From: Octopus sinensis
Taxonomy: Eukaryota
Length of the DNA: 64,000 bases
Assembly (NCBI RefSeq): GCF_006345805.1
Contig: NC_043003.1
Span: 44,020,001 to 44,084,000 of the forward strand
Reading direction: 5' to 3'
Below the pieces are notes generated by a model that searched no databases, was not told the DNA's origin, and saw nothing but the letters and a program-made list of their open reading frames with translations. A program made the position numbers and the translations under genes. Positions 1-14,246 of the stretch are shown piece by piece (within the stretch, counting starts at the first letter, position 1; every line of letters starts with the position of its first letter).

Positions 1-59
1 TGTGTACGATATATTTATTTATAATAGTAACAATAGATAACAACGATCATAATTCAGGA

Positions 60-152
<93 letters not shown>

Positions 153-1193
153 GTATGTATATACACAGACTAGATAACAGCGGATATTATTCTTCTTGCA
201 TAGTGGTTCTACTAGAAACAAGCTGTCACCCTCTGTCGTATTACATGCACAGAATGCTCATTCCTACAATGCATTTGGTATTGTACAGTTTGATTCGGAT
301 AACCCATTGCTGGAAAAGAAAAAGAACAACTGGTAGAAAATTTTGTGGGATATATTTCTACTTTCAAGGTTCGGCTTCTTTTTTATTGGAAAATCAGAAA
401 TGAAAATAATACTAATTTTTTTAACATCAAATGAAAAATATTTTCTGCGACTGGAAATGTCATTTCTTCATGCTCATCTGTAATTTTACTAACAGAGATC
501 ATATAGAATTAAACATGTATGTTTTTTCAGGAAAATAGAGAAACCTGTACCTTCCAAGGATTTTAGATATGCCTGAAGCAGCGAACGCGCATTATGATAA
601 ACTGCAATTTATTTGGTAGTGACACATCTGCCTATTTCTCCTACATATCCAAAAATGAAAAGAAGAAAAAATATATCATATATAACTGGAATGGATAGAC
701 CAGCGGCTGCCTGGGGATAAACATCAATATTTCTTTCATGATAGATGAGACATAAGATTCTAAATCAGTAAAATAGATTTGCATAGTTTCATACAAAAAT
801 GAGCAAATATAAAAAGAACACGGAAAAAATCATCGGCCCAAATTCCTCAGATTGTTCGTGCAAATTTATTACACATCGATATAGGAAATATATGGAATAT
901 TTCTCAGGTATTTTAATTATTAAAGATTGAAATAATCTTAAACAAATATCACTATTCTCACTTGTATTATATCGATCATGATAAAATATTTTCGTTTAGG
1001 GCCATGTTGTTTCTAAGACTACAACAACATGCTTCCTCAATGCTAAAACAATGCAAATTTAGCCAATGATTTCGAAACAAATCAATGAAACACTGTTTAG
1101 TTGTATGTATGGATGTGTATGTATGTGCATGTATGTCTGTATGTAGCTATGCGTGTATGTATATATGTATATGTGTATGCATATATGTATGTA

Positions 1194-1230
<37 letters not shown>

Positions 1231-1247
1231 TTGTATGCATGTACGTG

Positions 1248-1301
<54 letters not shown>

Positions 1302-1590
1302 GTTTATATGTTTGTGTGTGTATTAATATTTTGAGTATTTCTGACACGTGTGTACAGACGTTCTTACAATTTAAAGTAAATAATTCAGATGTTACCTATC
1401 TGTAAATGTATTTAATTTCATCAAACAAACTACGAGACTATACGAGGGCATACAAGAACATGCATGGGGGACACACGCATAAACACACGCGCAAACGCAC
1501 ACCCATACACATAAACATACAAGCACACATAAACTAACAAACGCAATCTCAAATACAAGCACACATACATACATCATATACATATATATG

Positions 1591-1658
<68 letters not shown>

Positions 1659-2090
1659 TATGTATACACACATGCACACAAACACACACACATGCACACA
1701 CATATATATTATATACCGTTTTCTCGTAAAACTACGTGTCTAACTATATGAAATTTTTACTTTCATTATTGTGGTACGTGCTTAGTTTGTATGTGTATGA
1801 ATGATGTGAACTGCTAAACTTGCAAGACACCGATCTTTTCACATCTGGAAATGAAATTTCAGAATATATGTTTTATTTAATTTTTTTTTTGTTTTATACG
1901 GTATTTATATTTTGTTAAACAAGATGTCTAAGGGAACTGATTGACAGTATAAATATAAGCAGTATATATGCATACATACATACAAACATACATATATACA
2001 TACATACAAGTACGTGTATGTCTATACATACATACATATATGTATATGTATGTATATGTATATATATATATATATATATAATATATATAT

Positions 2091-2127
<37 letters not shown>

Positions 2128-3147
2128 TATATATATATATAATACACACATATACATATGTTCCTATATATAAGCAAATATACATTTACATATCTTAGGT
2201 ACATGTACCGACGTCTCAATGAATTCCCACAGGATATGCTACGTTCCTATACAATCCATTTTCGAATATTTTTTATCCTTTTTCTGTAAACGTAAGTGTT
2301 TCTATTCTATCTTTCACTCTTTCTCACCTTCCTCTGTCTATCTATCTGCCTGTCTGTCTGTCTCTCTTTATCTATGTATCCATCTTCCCATCTATCATTC
2401 TATGGATCTATATTTCTATCTCTACATATATTAAGTAATTAATACACACACACATACACACACACACACACATATGTATATGTATATGCACACACATTTG
2501 AAATACGTAAATACGGAATGACGTGGAGAAAAAGTAGACGTAACGTATCCTTTGGGAAACAAGATGCCAATGGAAATGTGTCAATGATTATTCCACATGG
2601 CAAATAGACCTCCATCTATAGTCAAAAGCAAGTTCACTGGAATCCTCGCATCAAATATTCTTGAGGCAGAATTGATATATCATCTATATCAATGATATAA
2701 ATATCATAAACATCTTTGCCGATTGGACGGTTTGTTTTTCCGCAGTCCTTTTCCTGCTATTTAAAAGCTAATCTCAGTGTTATACAACAAATGATAAAGC
2801 ATATCACAAGAAAGAGCGTTGAGCTTTACACTTGTTCTTCTAATGTCTTGTGAAATTACTTTTAGATAACCTCCAAATGACGGCCACCTTCAATACATAG
2901 TTCCAAAAACGCTGACACAGTAAATAATATCAAGATCCCAATGCCTCGAATATGGCAGACATAAATACTCTGAATGGGGACATACTTGACTTTTAACAAA
3001 AGCAGCCTAATACGATTCATGTAAATTTCATTCTCTCTCGAGAGAGAGACGTTTATATATCCCTACACATACAAACATATATTTTAGACATATATAATAT
3101 ATATATATACCTATTGATTATATATGTTTATATATATATATATATAT

Positions 3148-3416
3148 ATTAAAGTACAGTACTAGGAGTTATTTTTGAAAAGGCTGGACTCTAATTTTTC
3201 CCTCTAGTTAACTCTCGACACTAATCGACACTAATGAAGGGATATCCCTAATATCAGCTCCTATTTCTCTCCTTGTTGCTCTCCTTGTATCTTTCTGTCG
3301 AAGAGCGTAGGCTCGAAACGTAAAAGACTTTTTCTATTACTGAGCGCTATACTAATACATTTGTTTGTTTGTACTCCACCTAGCTTCGTCTTTTGTTTAT
3401 TTTCGTAAACTTGCCC

Positions 3417-3454
<38 letters not shown>

Positions 3455-3875
3455 ATATATTATTTATATATATATATATTATATATTTAGATACGCGCAC
3501 ATTTTGAACACACACACGCGCACACATATATATTCTAATAATGTTCATGTATATATATGAGAAGTATTGCTATTCAGAAAACCAATGATGACATGTAAGG
3601 CTGTATATGTGCTACGGGAGGTCCGTAGTTAGACTCTCACTTCTGTAATAATACGAGTGAGGAGTATAATGCGGGCCTCGTGTGAGCAAGTATATGTTAA
3701 ATAAAATGAGACAATATACCGAGGGTGTGTAAAGATATTTATAAAGAGAAAGTCTTACAGCTGTTTATGGGATATCTGGGATATCCCTTTATTAGTGTCG
3801 ATATAAGAGAGTTAACTAGAGGGAAAAAGTAGAGTCCAGCCTTTTCAAAAATAACTCCTACTACTGAACTTTAAT
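3148..3875. repeat. Inverted repeats of about 100 bp (3148-3248 / 3778-3875) around a 530-bp spacer
   Basis: TAGGAGTTATTTTTGAAAAGGCTGGACTCTA..CCCTCTAGTTAACTCTC..GGGATATCCC and its reverse complement. Confidence 0.9.
3290..3327 (+). ncRNA. Minimal type-I hammerhead motif (A6>U variant) in a short repeat spanning about 3260-3418
   Basis: UCUUU-CUGUCGA-A-GAGC(GUAG)GCUC-GAAAC-GUA-AAAGA. Helix I and II pair perfectly and helix III is the ACGU palindrome. Confidence 0.6.
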
Positions 3876-4459
3876 ATTTCCTTCAAGTTTACTCTCTCAT
3901 GTTGTCTCAGATAAAGGGATATCCCTAATATCACAGAAACATTTCTAAGACTACCATTCTCTTTATAAATGTTCTCTAAATTCCACATATTCTTGGCTTT
4001 GTAGTCTCATTTTATTTAACAAACACACAGACGCACACAGACACAGACACAGACACAGACACAGATACACATACACACACCACACACACACACACACATA
4101 TATAATATATATATATATATTATATATATATATTATATATATATATATATAGATAGATAGATTAGCAGATAGATAGATAGATAGATAGATAGACAGATAC
4201 ATGCATATACATATGCAATTGTATATATATAATCTACCTGTGTATATATGTTATATAAAGTTAATCCAACAGAAAGCACAAAAAAACACAACAACGCGAG
4301 GACGTGGAACAAATATAGTATTATTCGATGCTCAGGAAAAGAAGGAAAGAAGGAGGGTTTAAAACGTTTCGAGTGGAGTTCTTAGTCGGAAACATAGGAG
4401 AAAGTAAGATCAGAGAAGGAAGACAGAGGAAAAAAATCGCCAACGGTACACATCAGGTC

Positions 4460-4467
4460 ACACACAC

Positions 4468-4526
<59 letters not shown>

Positions 4527-4530
4527 AGTA

Positions 4531-4585
<55 letters not shown>

Positions 4586-4621
4586 TATATATGTATATAT
4601 ATATATATATATGTATATATG

Positions 4622-4664
<43 letters not shown>

Positions 4665-4703
4665 TATGTATATGTATATATATATATATATATACATATA
4701 TAG

Positions 4704-4785
<82 letters not shown>

Positions 4786-4840
4786 TATATATATACATGC
4801 ATACATACATAAATGTTATCTATATATACATACATATATG
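4460..4840. repeat. (CA)n(TA)n microsatellite field, representative of dozens in the window
   Basis: Direct reading. Similar fields at 61-165, 1105-1325, 1500-1710, 1960-2200, 5600-5840, 6490-6690, 29075-29470, 32410-32530, 39630-39790, 40530-40680, 55840-56050, 57770-57970. Confidence 0.98.
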
Positions 4841-4945
4841 TATTAAATTATATTATATTTTCTGAATCTTCAGATTTTAATATGCTGGACCACTGGTTTT
4901 AAATTGATATTACTCACTTTTTTCACCCTTATTATTTTAAATTTA

Positions 4946-4994
<49 letters not shown>

Positions 4995-5751
4995 CTATTT
5001 ACACACACACACATACCCACACACACATATAAATGTGTACTTTCAGGTACTTTCTGTTTACAACATTCATACAAATTATTTAAAAACCGCGTATCATTTT
5101 GTTTAGAATTACTTTAACTCTAACCAAATCTAGAACAATTCTTAAGAGTCAAATATTATTTAGCATAATTAATTATTTTCTAAGTTTGTTTTACATATTT
5201 CATGTATATTTTGTATATTTGAAACACACTGAGATAGGTTTCTACACATTTATAATAAGATTTGATATTCGAGGAAAAATAAGTTTGGAGCGTTTTGGAA
5301 TTTGTATGAATTCATTATTTTATAAATTTTAGAATTGATTATAATTTTACAGACATATATTTATTATAAATATTTCTGTTTTTTTTTTAAATAGCATACA
5401 TATTTTTGTTTTGTTTGTGGTTAGTAGCGTTCTTATATATCTCATGTCTGTACTCAAGTGAATTATTTCACCTAGTTTTATGTATGTATGCGAGGTGATA
5501 TATTTTGGGGTTGGTGACTGAACGAATATAATCCAAGATGGAAGCGTATGAGTGCTTCTTTTAACGCATTTACGTTTGTATGCGTCTAAGCACCGGTATC
5601 ATGCCTATTAATATATCTGTTTGTCTATCTATCTAGCTAACTATTTGTCTGTCTGTATGCCAAATCTGTCTATTTATATATATCTATCTACCTATCAGGT
5701 ACATATATATATATATATATTTATGTATGTATATTTATCTATCTACCTATC

Positions 5752-5795
<44 letters not shown>

Positions 5796-5966
5796 ATATA
5801 TATATTATATATATATATAATATATATATATAATTATATACAGACATGGCAGATGTAATATAGACACCCCATGAAACAACGTTTTATGAATATTGAACTT
5901 GAAAAGGTTCATGCATTTTATTACTTGGTATTTTTATGTTTCAGTTTCTATATGTGATTGTTCAAT

Positions 5967-6066
5967 CTTGCCATGCACAAACCAGGCCGCGGAACTGTCC
6001 GAATTTCAAATAGGCCGTATTGTGATTCAATCTGAAATCAGTGTAAAATCACAGAAAACCTTGGGC
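5967..6066 (+). mobile_element. Tc1-like transposase N-terminal fragment
   Basis: ELSEFQIGRIV..E.S.....K.LG pattern of the Tc1 HTH start. Short. Confidence 0.5.
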
Positions 6067-6511
6067 TCTCATTTTCTAAGTATAATAAATTGATAGTGCA
6101 ATTCACCAGTGACATGAAGGAGTCAGCGTTCCCTGGTTTAGGTTGACTAGAGCACTCTGACATGACCTTTCACTCTGTTAAAAGAAGTGTAGAGAATAAA
6201 CCGCATTGCAAGGACTCTGCCATACCAAACGAAGTTGATGTCAGTCCAAGAACAGGTGCCAGGTATCTCCCATACCTTAGACCAATCAGAATCAAGTAGT
6301 GGAAAGTTTGTGGTAGCGAGATGGTAGAAGGGCCACTAGCATTTTGGGAGACTGCTATATTCTCTGATGAACCCAGATTTGGTGTATTTTTCTGTATTTG
6401 CTGTATAATGTATACTCACATTATAATAATTAATAACTTGAATGTATAATTTTAGAATTCAATAAAATTGTTGAACGATATAAGAATGTCTATTTACATC
6501 TATGATGTCTG

Positions 6512-6570
<59 letters not shown>

Positions 6571-6693
6571 ATATATATGCGTGTGTATGTATATATATAT
6601 ACATACATGTATGCACACAACACACACACACACACACACACACATACACATATATATATATATATATTATATATATATATATATTATATATTT

Positions 6694-6830
6694 ATTTATT
6701 ATATAGAAGGAGCTTCTACAGGACTAGAACTGTTTCATTCAAGAGAAATCTTCAGGAGCTCAGAGCTTCCTGAAGATTTCTCTTGAATGAAACAGTTCTA
6801 GTCATGTAGAAGCTCTTCTATATAATAAAT
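6694..6830. repeat. Near-perfect 137-bp palindrome
   Basis: Arms of about 68 bp with about 3 differences and a 1-nt centre near 6762. Confidence 0.95.
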
Positions 6831-6895
6831 TAATTTTACTCTGCTATGTATTGAGTACCTATTTACTGTGGTTAACCCCGAATCAACCCGGGACC

Positions 6896-6940
<45 letters not shown>

Positions 6941-7170
6941 TATATATATAAGGATAACATCCTTAATTCAAAAAAAAAATAACGATTTTATATCAAGTGG
7001 TCAGCATGGAAAGAATATCCATCAAAGGTAATAATTATTAGAAGATACCACCATGTTGAAAATAGCAACCATGATCTGACTCAAAAACCACTTTAATTGT
7101 CCATATATCAACGCGGAGAGAAAAAAAAGAGACAAGATGAAACTAGTAACAATTACTAGAAGTTAGAAGT

Positions 7171-7293
7171 CATTTTGCCCTTGACACTACATGGACCCTA
7201 ATTAAGGCATGTGTAAAATTTGAATGAAATCGGTTGTGTAGTTCTCAAGTTTTAGAGAAACACACAGACAGACAGACAGACACACATTCTCAG

Positions 7294-7300
<7 letters not shown>
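7171..7300 (+). mobile_element. 3' end of another copy of the same Helitron-like family
   Basis: CTACATGGACCCTA..GTGTAAAATTTGAATGAAATCGGTTGTG..CAGACAGACAGAC matches 8925-9032. Confidence 0.55.
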
Positions 7301-7342
<42 letters not shown>

Positions 7343-7415
7343 ATATATATCTATATATACATATATTTATATGTGTGTATGTATGTGTGCGTTTATATAT
7401 ATATATATATATATA

Positions 7416-7464
7416 TACTAGCATTATGACCCGTCGTTGTCGCGTCATAGTGGTAGCGCATGTA

Positions 7465-7509
<45 letters not shown>

Positions 7510-7525
7510 ACATATTACATGTACA

Positions 7526-7564
<39 letters not shown>

Positions 7565-9029
7565 CATCTACTCATAAAATACAAAATAAAAGTTATATCT
7601 TGATATCGCTAGTAATAACAATACTCAAAATATATAAGTGACTGGAATTGTAGGCCCGTCTCTTGCAATTTCGATCAATTGTATCTTGTCCTCCCCTCTT
7701 GTATAGAAGTTTGGCTACTTCTGGAGGAACATTTAAATTTTTTTTCGGGACGTCCTACGTCCCAGATATAAAGGTAAAAATAAAATATTTCCACTTTGCA
7801 AGGTTCGAGTCGAGTACTCCCTTGCACGCTCCGTTGTCTCGAACCTTGCTTCTATTGTTGCGAATTTACGGCCTCTGTTTAGGTATCATTCATAGTCGCA
7901 CCAAGACACTTTTCAATGGTACTTTCCTCCAGGTGTTCAAATATTTTTTTTTCTCTACATTTTATACTTTATAGACAATAGTCTTTTCTTTAATTTAATT
8001 TTTTATTTCGTTTGGTGGTGTTATCCTAGATTCATTGTCTTTGTCGGTGATCAATCCGAAATAGGTTTGTATTTCTTCCATTTTAATTTCAATGAGTTCG
8101 CGCCCGCCGACGGCTGAAGTGAAATTCATTTTTGGACTGTCTTCTATCGAAGGTATTTTAACAAAAATGCTTCTGTATAAACGGTGAAAATATTGTCATT
8201 TTCCCCAAACAGGGACACAATTCAATTTTTAAACAATAACCAAAGCTCCTTCTCCCTTAGGGGGGGTTTACGGTATACAATTATTTGACAAATGCAACAC
8301 AACAACGTTTCACGTACGAGGAACCAACAGACGTGAGAACAATACTTAAACAATAATAATACTACCAACAAACCTTACAGTGAATCAAAAAGCAGTGCGC
8401 AGTTGAAGCTATAGCCCTTTATGTATAAGAAATAAACCAACAGCAGTACTCAATAAAAGCGGCTGTTCGAGAAAACAGACATTACATACAGCCAAACGTC
8501 ATATGGATACTTAATGCTAGCTAATTAGCAGATAATCTAATGTAAAGACATGGTAAAGGGTGTGTGCGCAGCTCCATCTGGACTATTCCATTTCTGTACA
8601 CTAATTTTATTTTTAATTTATTCCCATTCATGTGAAACCACTTATTCAAGTTCGAGTCATTGATGCAATTTTATACCAATTGCTATTTTTACATTTAATT
8701 GTTATGTTGCGATTTAATTTAGTTTGATTTTAATTATTACTTACTACATATAATTCAATTGCTATTATTATCTCTAATTTTTATTGTTAAAGTGAAAGTA
8801 CCTGACATAAAATAGAGAAATGTTTTGGTTTCACTTTTAACACGTAATACTGAAATAGGGGAGAAAATATGATATTGCTATGGGCTCGCCCTAGGCAAGT
8901 AGTTGAACATTTCGTTTGCCCATGGAACTACATGGACCCTACGTAAGACATGTGTAAAATTTGAATGAAATTGGTTGCGTAGTTCTCAAGTTTTAGGGAA
9001 TCACACAGACAGACAGACACACATTCTCA

Positions 9030-9032
<3 letters not shown>
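7416..9032 (+). mobile_element. Non-autonomous Helitron/Helentron-like element, long form
   Basis: Starts TACTAGC..GACCCG in (TA)n and ends GTGTAAAATTTGAATGAAATTGGTTG..AGACAGACAGACAC..CTCAGTT, resembling DINE-1/Lep1-type termini. Ends are shared with the 53349 copy. Confidence 0.55.
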
Positions 9033-9100
<68 letters not shown>

Positions 9101-10609
9101 TATATATGCATATACGGGTACAGGACGATATCGACTGTAAACATGACTTACGAAAATAAGAGATATAAATAGCAAAACAACTAGGGAGGGAAATTGAAGA
9201 CAAGACAAGACAAAGAACGATACTTCATCAGTTGTCGGCTCTCTATATACTCCTCATTTCGAACGTTCAACAATATGAGTCTACGAAGACAGTTGCTCTC
9301 CTTCGTTGCTCACATGTGAACATCGTCCATCTTTCTTTTCCTCACGCGACCATCTTTAATTTCCTACATGATGTTATAAGCACTGGACTGTTCGATCGCT
9401 TCTTTTCTCTTTTCTCTTTTCAAAGACAATACTTCTTCCAGCGTTCATTAATTTTCCACTCGTTCTGTTCTAATAGCCCTCCATGTTTGTTTTTGCTCGG
9501 TTTCCTTGTATGTCCCCAGTCTCCTGAATTTCTTTAATCCTCCCAAAAGTTTATTTTGGAAATTATGAGAGCACCTCTCTTTCAAGATTCATATTGTCAT
9601 TGAATGCACGAAATGAAGAATAGAAAGATAGCCGACAATTGGTGAAGAGTGTTTCATGTTGTGTTACTTGTCTTGTTTTCAATTTTTTTTCTCTCGGAGA
9701 CTGCATATGTAACTCGTTCGTTTTCGTACTTCATGTTGCTTACAGTTGATGACGTCCTGAAAGGAAAGAAACATATATACATACATACACATTTTTATAC
9801 TAAAAGCGGGATAGAGGAGGGACAGGGTGGAAGTGAGACAGGCACAGAGAGAGAAAGAGGTGACTGACAGGAAAGTGGAGTTCATTTTGTGCTTTTAAAT
9901 GTTTATCAGTATTTTCATAGTAGACTGATACATGAATCGCAAGAAAGGTAGATACATCTATCGAAAGAAAAGTTGATACACATATTCATAAACACACTCT
10001 TAAATCAAAGACAAATGACTACAGCAAAAATTGGTTGTCGCTTTCACTTTCTATTACCAGACACGGATAAAATTAACTCGCAAGTGGTCGAGTACTCCAC
10101 ACACAAGCATATCTTTAACATAGTTCTCAGGTAGATTCAACCTCACACAGAATATGAAAAATGCTGGTCCCTTTGAATTACAGTTACAACTCATTTTGGT
10201 CAGCTAAGTGGACTGAAGCAAGATAAACATTCAAGTTGTAGGAAGAAATCGGAAAATCCTTACGTAGAAGCAGGGTTTTTTCGTCGTTAGAGTTACTATG
10301 AGTACTAATCCGGTCCTAACAGCGGCATTTGTGTGTCTCACAGATCTGGAGGCCAAGACCCCACATAAGCATAGATACGCAGGATGTTGTTAGGAAACTG
10401 ATCTGGAGCCGAGGGCGAAGTCACTACACGGCAGAATAGCAATTATTTCGTCTTAGCTTTCACAGTTTATACTGAACACGTCATTTTTGCCTTACGATAT
10501 GGAACGTTTCCTTTTCTTTCACTTTCTTTTTTAAAACGGTACTCCGTAGATTACGACGAAGATTTTCTTGTTTATCTGATCAATAAAACAGTCTGATCTT
10601 CAAAGTAAA

Positions 10610-10862
10610 GCGCACGTGGTTGAGTACTCCACAGATATGCATAACATAACATACTTCACAGGGAAATTCAGCCTCTCACAGAATGCGAAAAGTCTGGCCG
10701 CTTTGACTTACGGCTACAATTCATTTTTGCCAGTTGAGTGGACTGCAGGAATGTGAAGTAGAGTACATTGCTCAAGGGCACAGCGCGCCACCGGGAATTG
10801 TACTTATGACTTTACAATCGTTGGCCGAATACCCATAACCACTGAGCCACGCACCTTCACTC
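10610..10862 (-). mobile_element. tRNA-derived SINE with conserved central domain; a partial second copy lies at 10075-10225
   Basis: Head GTGAAGGTGCGTGGCTCAGTGGTTA followed by TGTGCCCTTGAGCAA..CAGTCCACTCAACTGGCAAAAATGA. Confidence 0.8.
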
Positions 10863-11717
10863 TCTTAACCGTAGAGAAAAGGAGTGAAGCGATAGAGATA
10901 GAGAAAGGAAAGCCTCAGTTATTTAAAATGACAATTACTCTGAAATAGATCGATCTTTTCTAGCTTCTTGATTTTTAACGATGAAAAAGAGGGGAAGACA
11001 TTTAGTAATAAAGAGAGGAAAAACCTTTTCAGGCGTCTACGTTTTCATTCTGAGAGTTCTAGAAGGATAGAATGGTAGTTCTCTCTACTTTCCCGCACCC
11101 GCGGTACTTATTCGCCGTTTATCAGGCGGGAAGACCATGTATTTCTCACTTTGGGACTACAATCTACAAACAAGCCCACCCTCCCTCCTTTTTTTCATAG
11201 AAAATCTAATGCAAATTTCGAATGGGTTATAGCTGTTCAACGAGTTTTAGAAAAATGTGTAATACACCCTACAACATGGTTGCGGGAGAAATATTGCCAA
11301 AAGGTGACTGAAAGAATAAGCACCAGGCTGCCAGTGAATAGTTGCCGGGCTCGATTTCTTCGATTAAAGTGCGGTGCTCCCAGAGTCAAAAGAAAGAAAC
11401 AATAAAAGAATAGCAGAAGAATGTTGCGCACAATGAAACAAGAAGTTTCTTTGAATAGGTACGATGCATTTAAGGCTAAATAGTAATTATATTTACGTTT
11501 GCGTAACAGATATTTAGGTTGGATTATATAGTTATCGGTCTTGCATTACTTTCTATATTCTGATAGTGTCACAAAATAGAAATATTTCTCATGGCACCAG
11601 CACGCAATTTAAAGTTACTGACAATGTTTTCTTGTTTTCTGTCAAGTTTCCACTGGTCCAGCTACAAAATATTATTGTGATACATTACTGTACTGTTATT
11701 ATTATACAATGACCCTT

Positions 11718-11812
<95 letters not shown>

Positions 11813-12956
11813 CTGACTAAAATTCACTGTACTTACGCTACTGCTATACTTGCAAACTTCATTGTATCGATTATAGGTATCGTCTTTATTGAACATATTT
11901 CACCATATTTTACGTTTCGCTAATTTGGATTTCATGTAAGGAATTCAATAAAGTACTCTTGTCCTGTTTTTAGAATATATTTACCATGGAAGACTTCAAG
12001 AAATTGAATTAATACTAGATTTAATTACTTTAGTGCTTGTCCGGGAGAAAATTTAAGGCTGCGTTTTGTGCTTGTATTTAATTTGTATTTAATTTTCGAT
12101 CGTAGAACAGTGAAGTCTAGACTTCATTCTCTTATAAACTGCTAAGCTTAATAGTATTTGTCACAAGACAGACCATCGTATCAATATATTTGACTTCCTA
12201 GAAGAGAAAATCGAGTTAATTTCTAAATCACAATCTATTGCCTTTATAAAAGGAGATAAATATGGCCAAAAATGTCTGAAAAATAAAATAGAGGGAAGGT
12301 ACATGATTAGGATTCCATGTACAAGATTAAACAAGAATGTGGTTGCACGGGAAAAACAACAAATTGCTAAATGTAATGTGTCAAGTGAGACGGAAATTGA
12401 GATATTTATTAACACACCACAGTATTTATTCAGTGGAAGACTACATCAACTTGTTTATTTCAACGCATATATTTCGCATTAAGCCCACAATACCAAAACA
12501 TGTAAATTAAAAAGAAATCAATACGTTAACGTTTGGTATTTCATCTTAAGAGATGAAGTATTCATGTTGCTAATTATATGGAGAATTCAACGCAAGTGAC
12601 TAGACAGTAGCTCGTGTATTGGCTGAGCATAGAACGTGGGTGAGAGATGTTTTGTGGATGCGTTGCCCTTGAATTTGAAGTAGATATATTTTTCTTTCTC
12701 CCTTTATCGTTTATCTTCCAGATGCATCATTTATTAGACTGCGGCCATACTGGGTCACAACATTGAATTTTTTTTAGCCGAATGAAACGACTGCAGTACT
12801 CAGTTTTATATCCTGGAGCATGTTCTATCGGACAGTTTTGCCGAAACGCTAGATCGCTGGGATGGAAACGCACCGGAGGTAGGTGACAATCAGTAGTGGT
12901 GGACAAATACAGACACAAGAACACACACACATATAAACACACGCAAACACACATTT

Positions 12957-13225
12957 GAGGATGCGGGGCCTGATGGTTAGTGTGTTGCACTCACGATCGC
13001 AAGAGCATGGTTTCAATTCCTAGACATCTTGGAGCATTGTGTTCTTGATCAAGAAATTTCATCTGCAATCACTTCGACACTTGCCGCGTGGTACACAGTC
13101 CACCTGTTCGGACAACGTCTATTTGATGGAGAGAGTCAGCTACTGGGCGGTACGAAAATTTGATCACCTTAATCAAATCACGTGTGCAGGTTTTTCGGCA
13201 ACACCTGAATACTCATACGTCTTCT
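12957..13225 (+). mobile_element. tRNA-derived SINE, decayed
   Basis: GGCCTGATGGTTAGTGTG..GGTTTCAATTCC head, then TGTGTTCTTGATCAAG. Confidence 0.7.
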
Positions 13226-13241
13226 TCAACGGGAGAGTCCA

Positions 13242-13284
<43 letters not shown>

Positions 13285-13311
13285 TATATATATATTTATA
13301 TATATACATAT

Positions 13312-13478
13312 ATATGAAGGGCTTCTTACAGAATCTGTTTTCCAGATACACTCAAAAATGTTTGGTCGCTCCGTGGCTATAATAAAAAAAAAACACTTGC
13401 CGAAGCTTCACTGCAGTGGGACTGAACTGGGAGCCATGTGGTCGGCAAGCAAAACTGCTATCACACATCCATTCTAAC
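13312..13478 (-). mobile_element. SINE, decayed (related copy at 42090-42210)
   Basis: Shared GGGCTTCTT..GGCTATA..ACACTTGC..GCAGTGGGACTGA..CCATGTGG with 42090-42210. Confidence 0.7.
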
Positions 13479-14197
13479 GTGATTGCTTAGTTTTAAATTT
13501 CAATGAATAGATGTGTAAACACTTTGTCATTTACAAGAAAATATCATTATCTCTTAAACGGATTGTAAATACATATTATATGTATGATAGTTGGGAGTAT
13601 TTTACAGTGTTCTTAGTGGCATCAGTGTGTGGTATTGGATTTACTAACATGCTCCAAGCTGTTTGAATAAACTGATGGATATAGTGTATTTTGTTTCATT
13701 TTTAATGATTGGAAGTTCATTGTAGTCGCAACTATCATCACTACAATGGTACGTTGTTGGAAAATATAATTAGAATCTGCTGCACATTTCCACCGAAAAC
13801 TAACGTACATTTGTCGGATTTGCTGCAGGAGAAAGCCAAGTGTAAGTAGACTAACATGTATATTATTTCCAGTGCCGTGATTAAATCATCTCAGACAAGA
13901 ATACCTACTGCTTTAAATCATGCAACGCTAACAGGGCACGAAGTAAATCCTATTTTCCAACAAAAGTTTAGCGTCTGATCACCTCCCTTTTTATCACTTT
14001 CTCTCCTCTCGCTATAAATATATATATATATATACACATATATACCTACACATGCACACACACACACACAAATATATATATATGTGTGTGTGTGTGTGTG
14101 TATGTGTCTATATATATATATATATATATGGAGAGAGAGAGAGAGAAAGAAAGAAAGAGGGAGGAAGGGAGAGAGAAAGAAAGAACGGTAGTTAGAT

Positions 14198-14246
<49 letters not shown>

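Noticed and set aside
204-578. Possible two-exon end GSTRNKLSPSVVLHAQNAHSYNAFGIVQFDSDNPLLEKKKNNW/KIEKPVPSKDFRYA*
   Set aside because: The donor (G/GTAGAA) is weak, the frames are short and no homology was recognised. Not supportable without RNA data.
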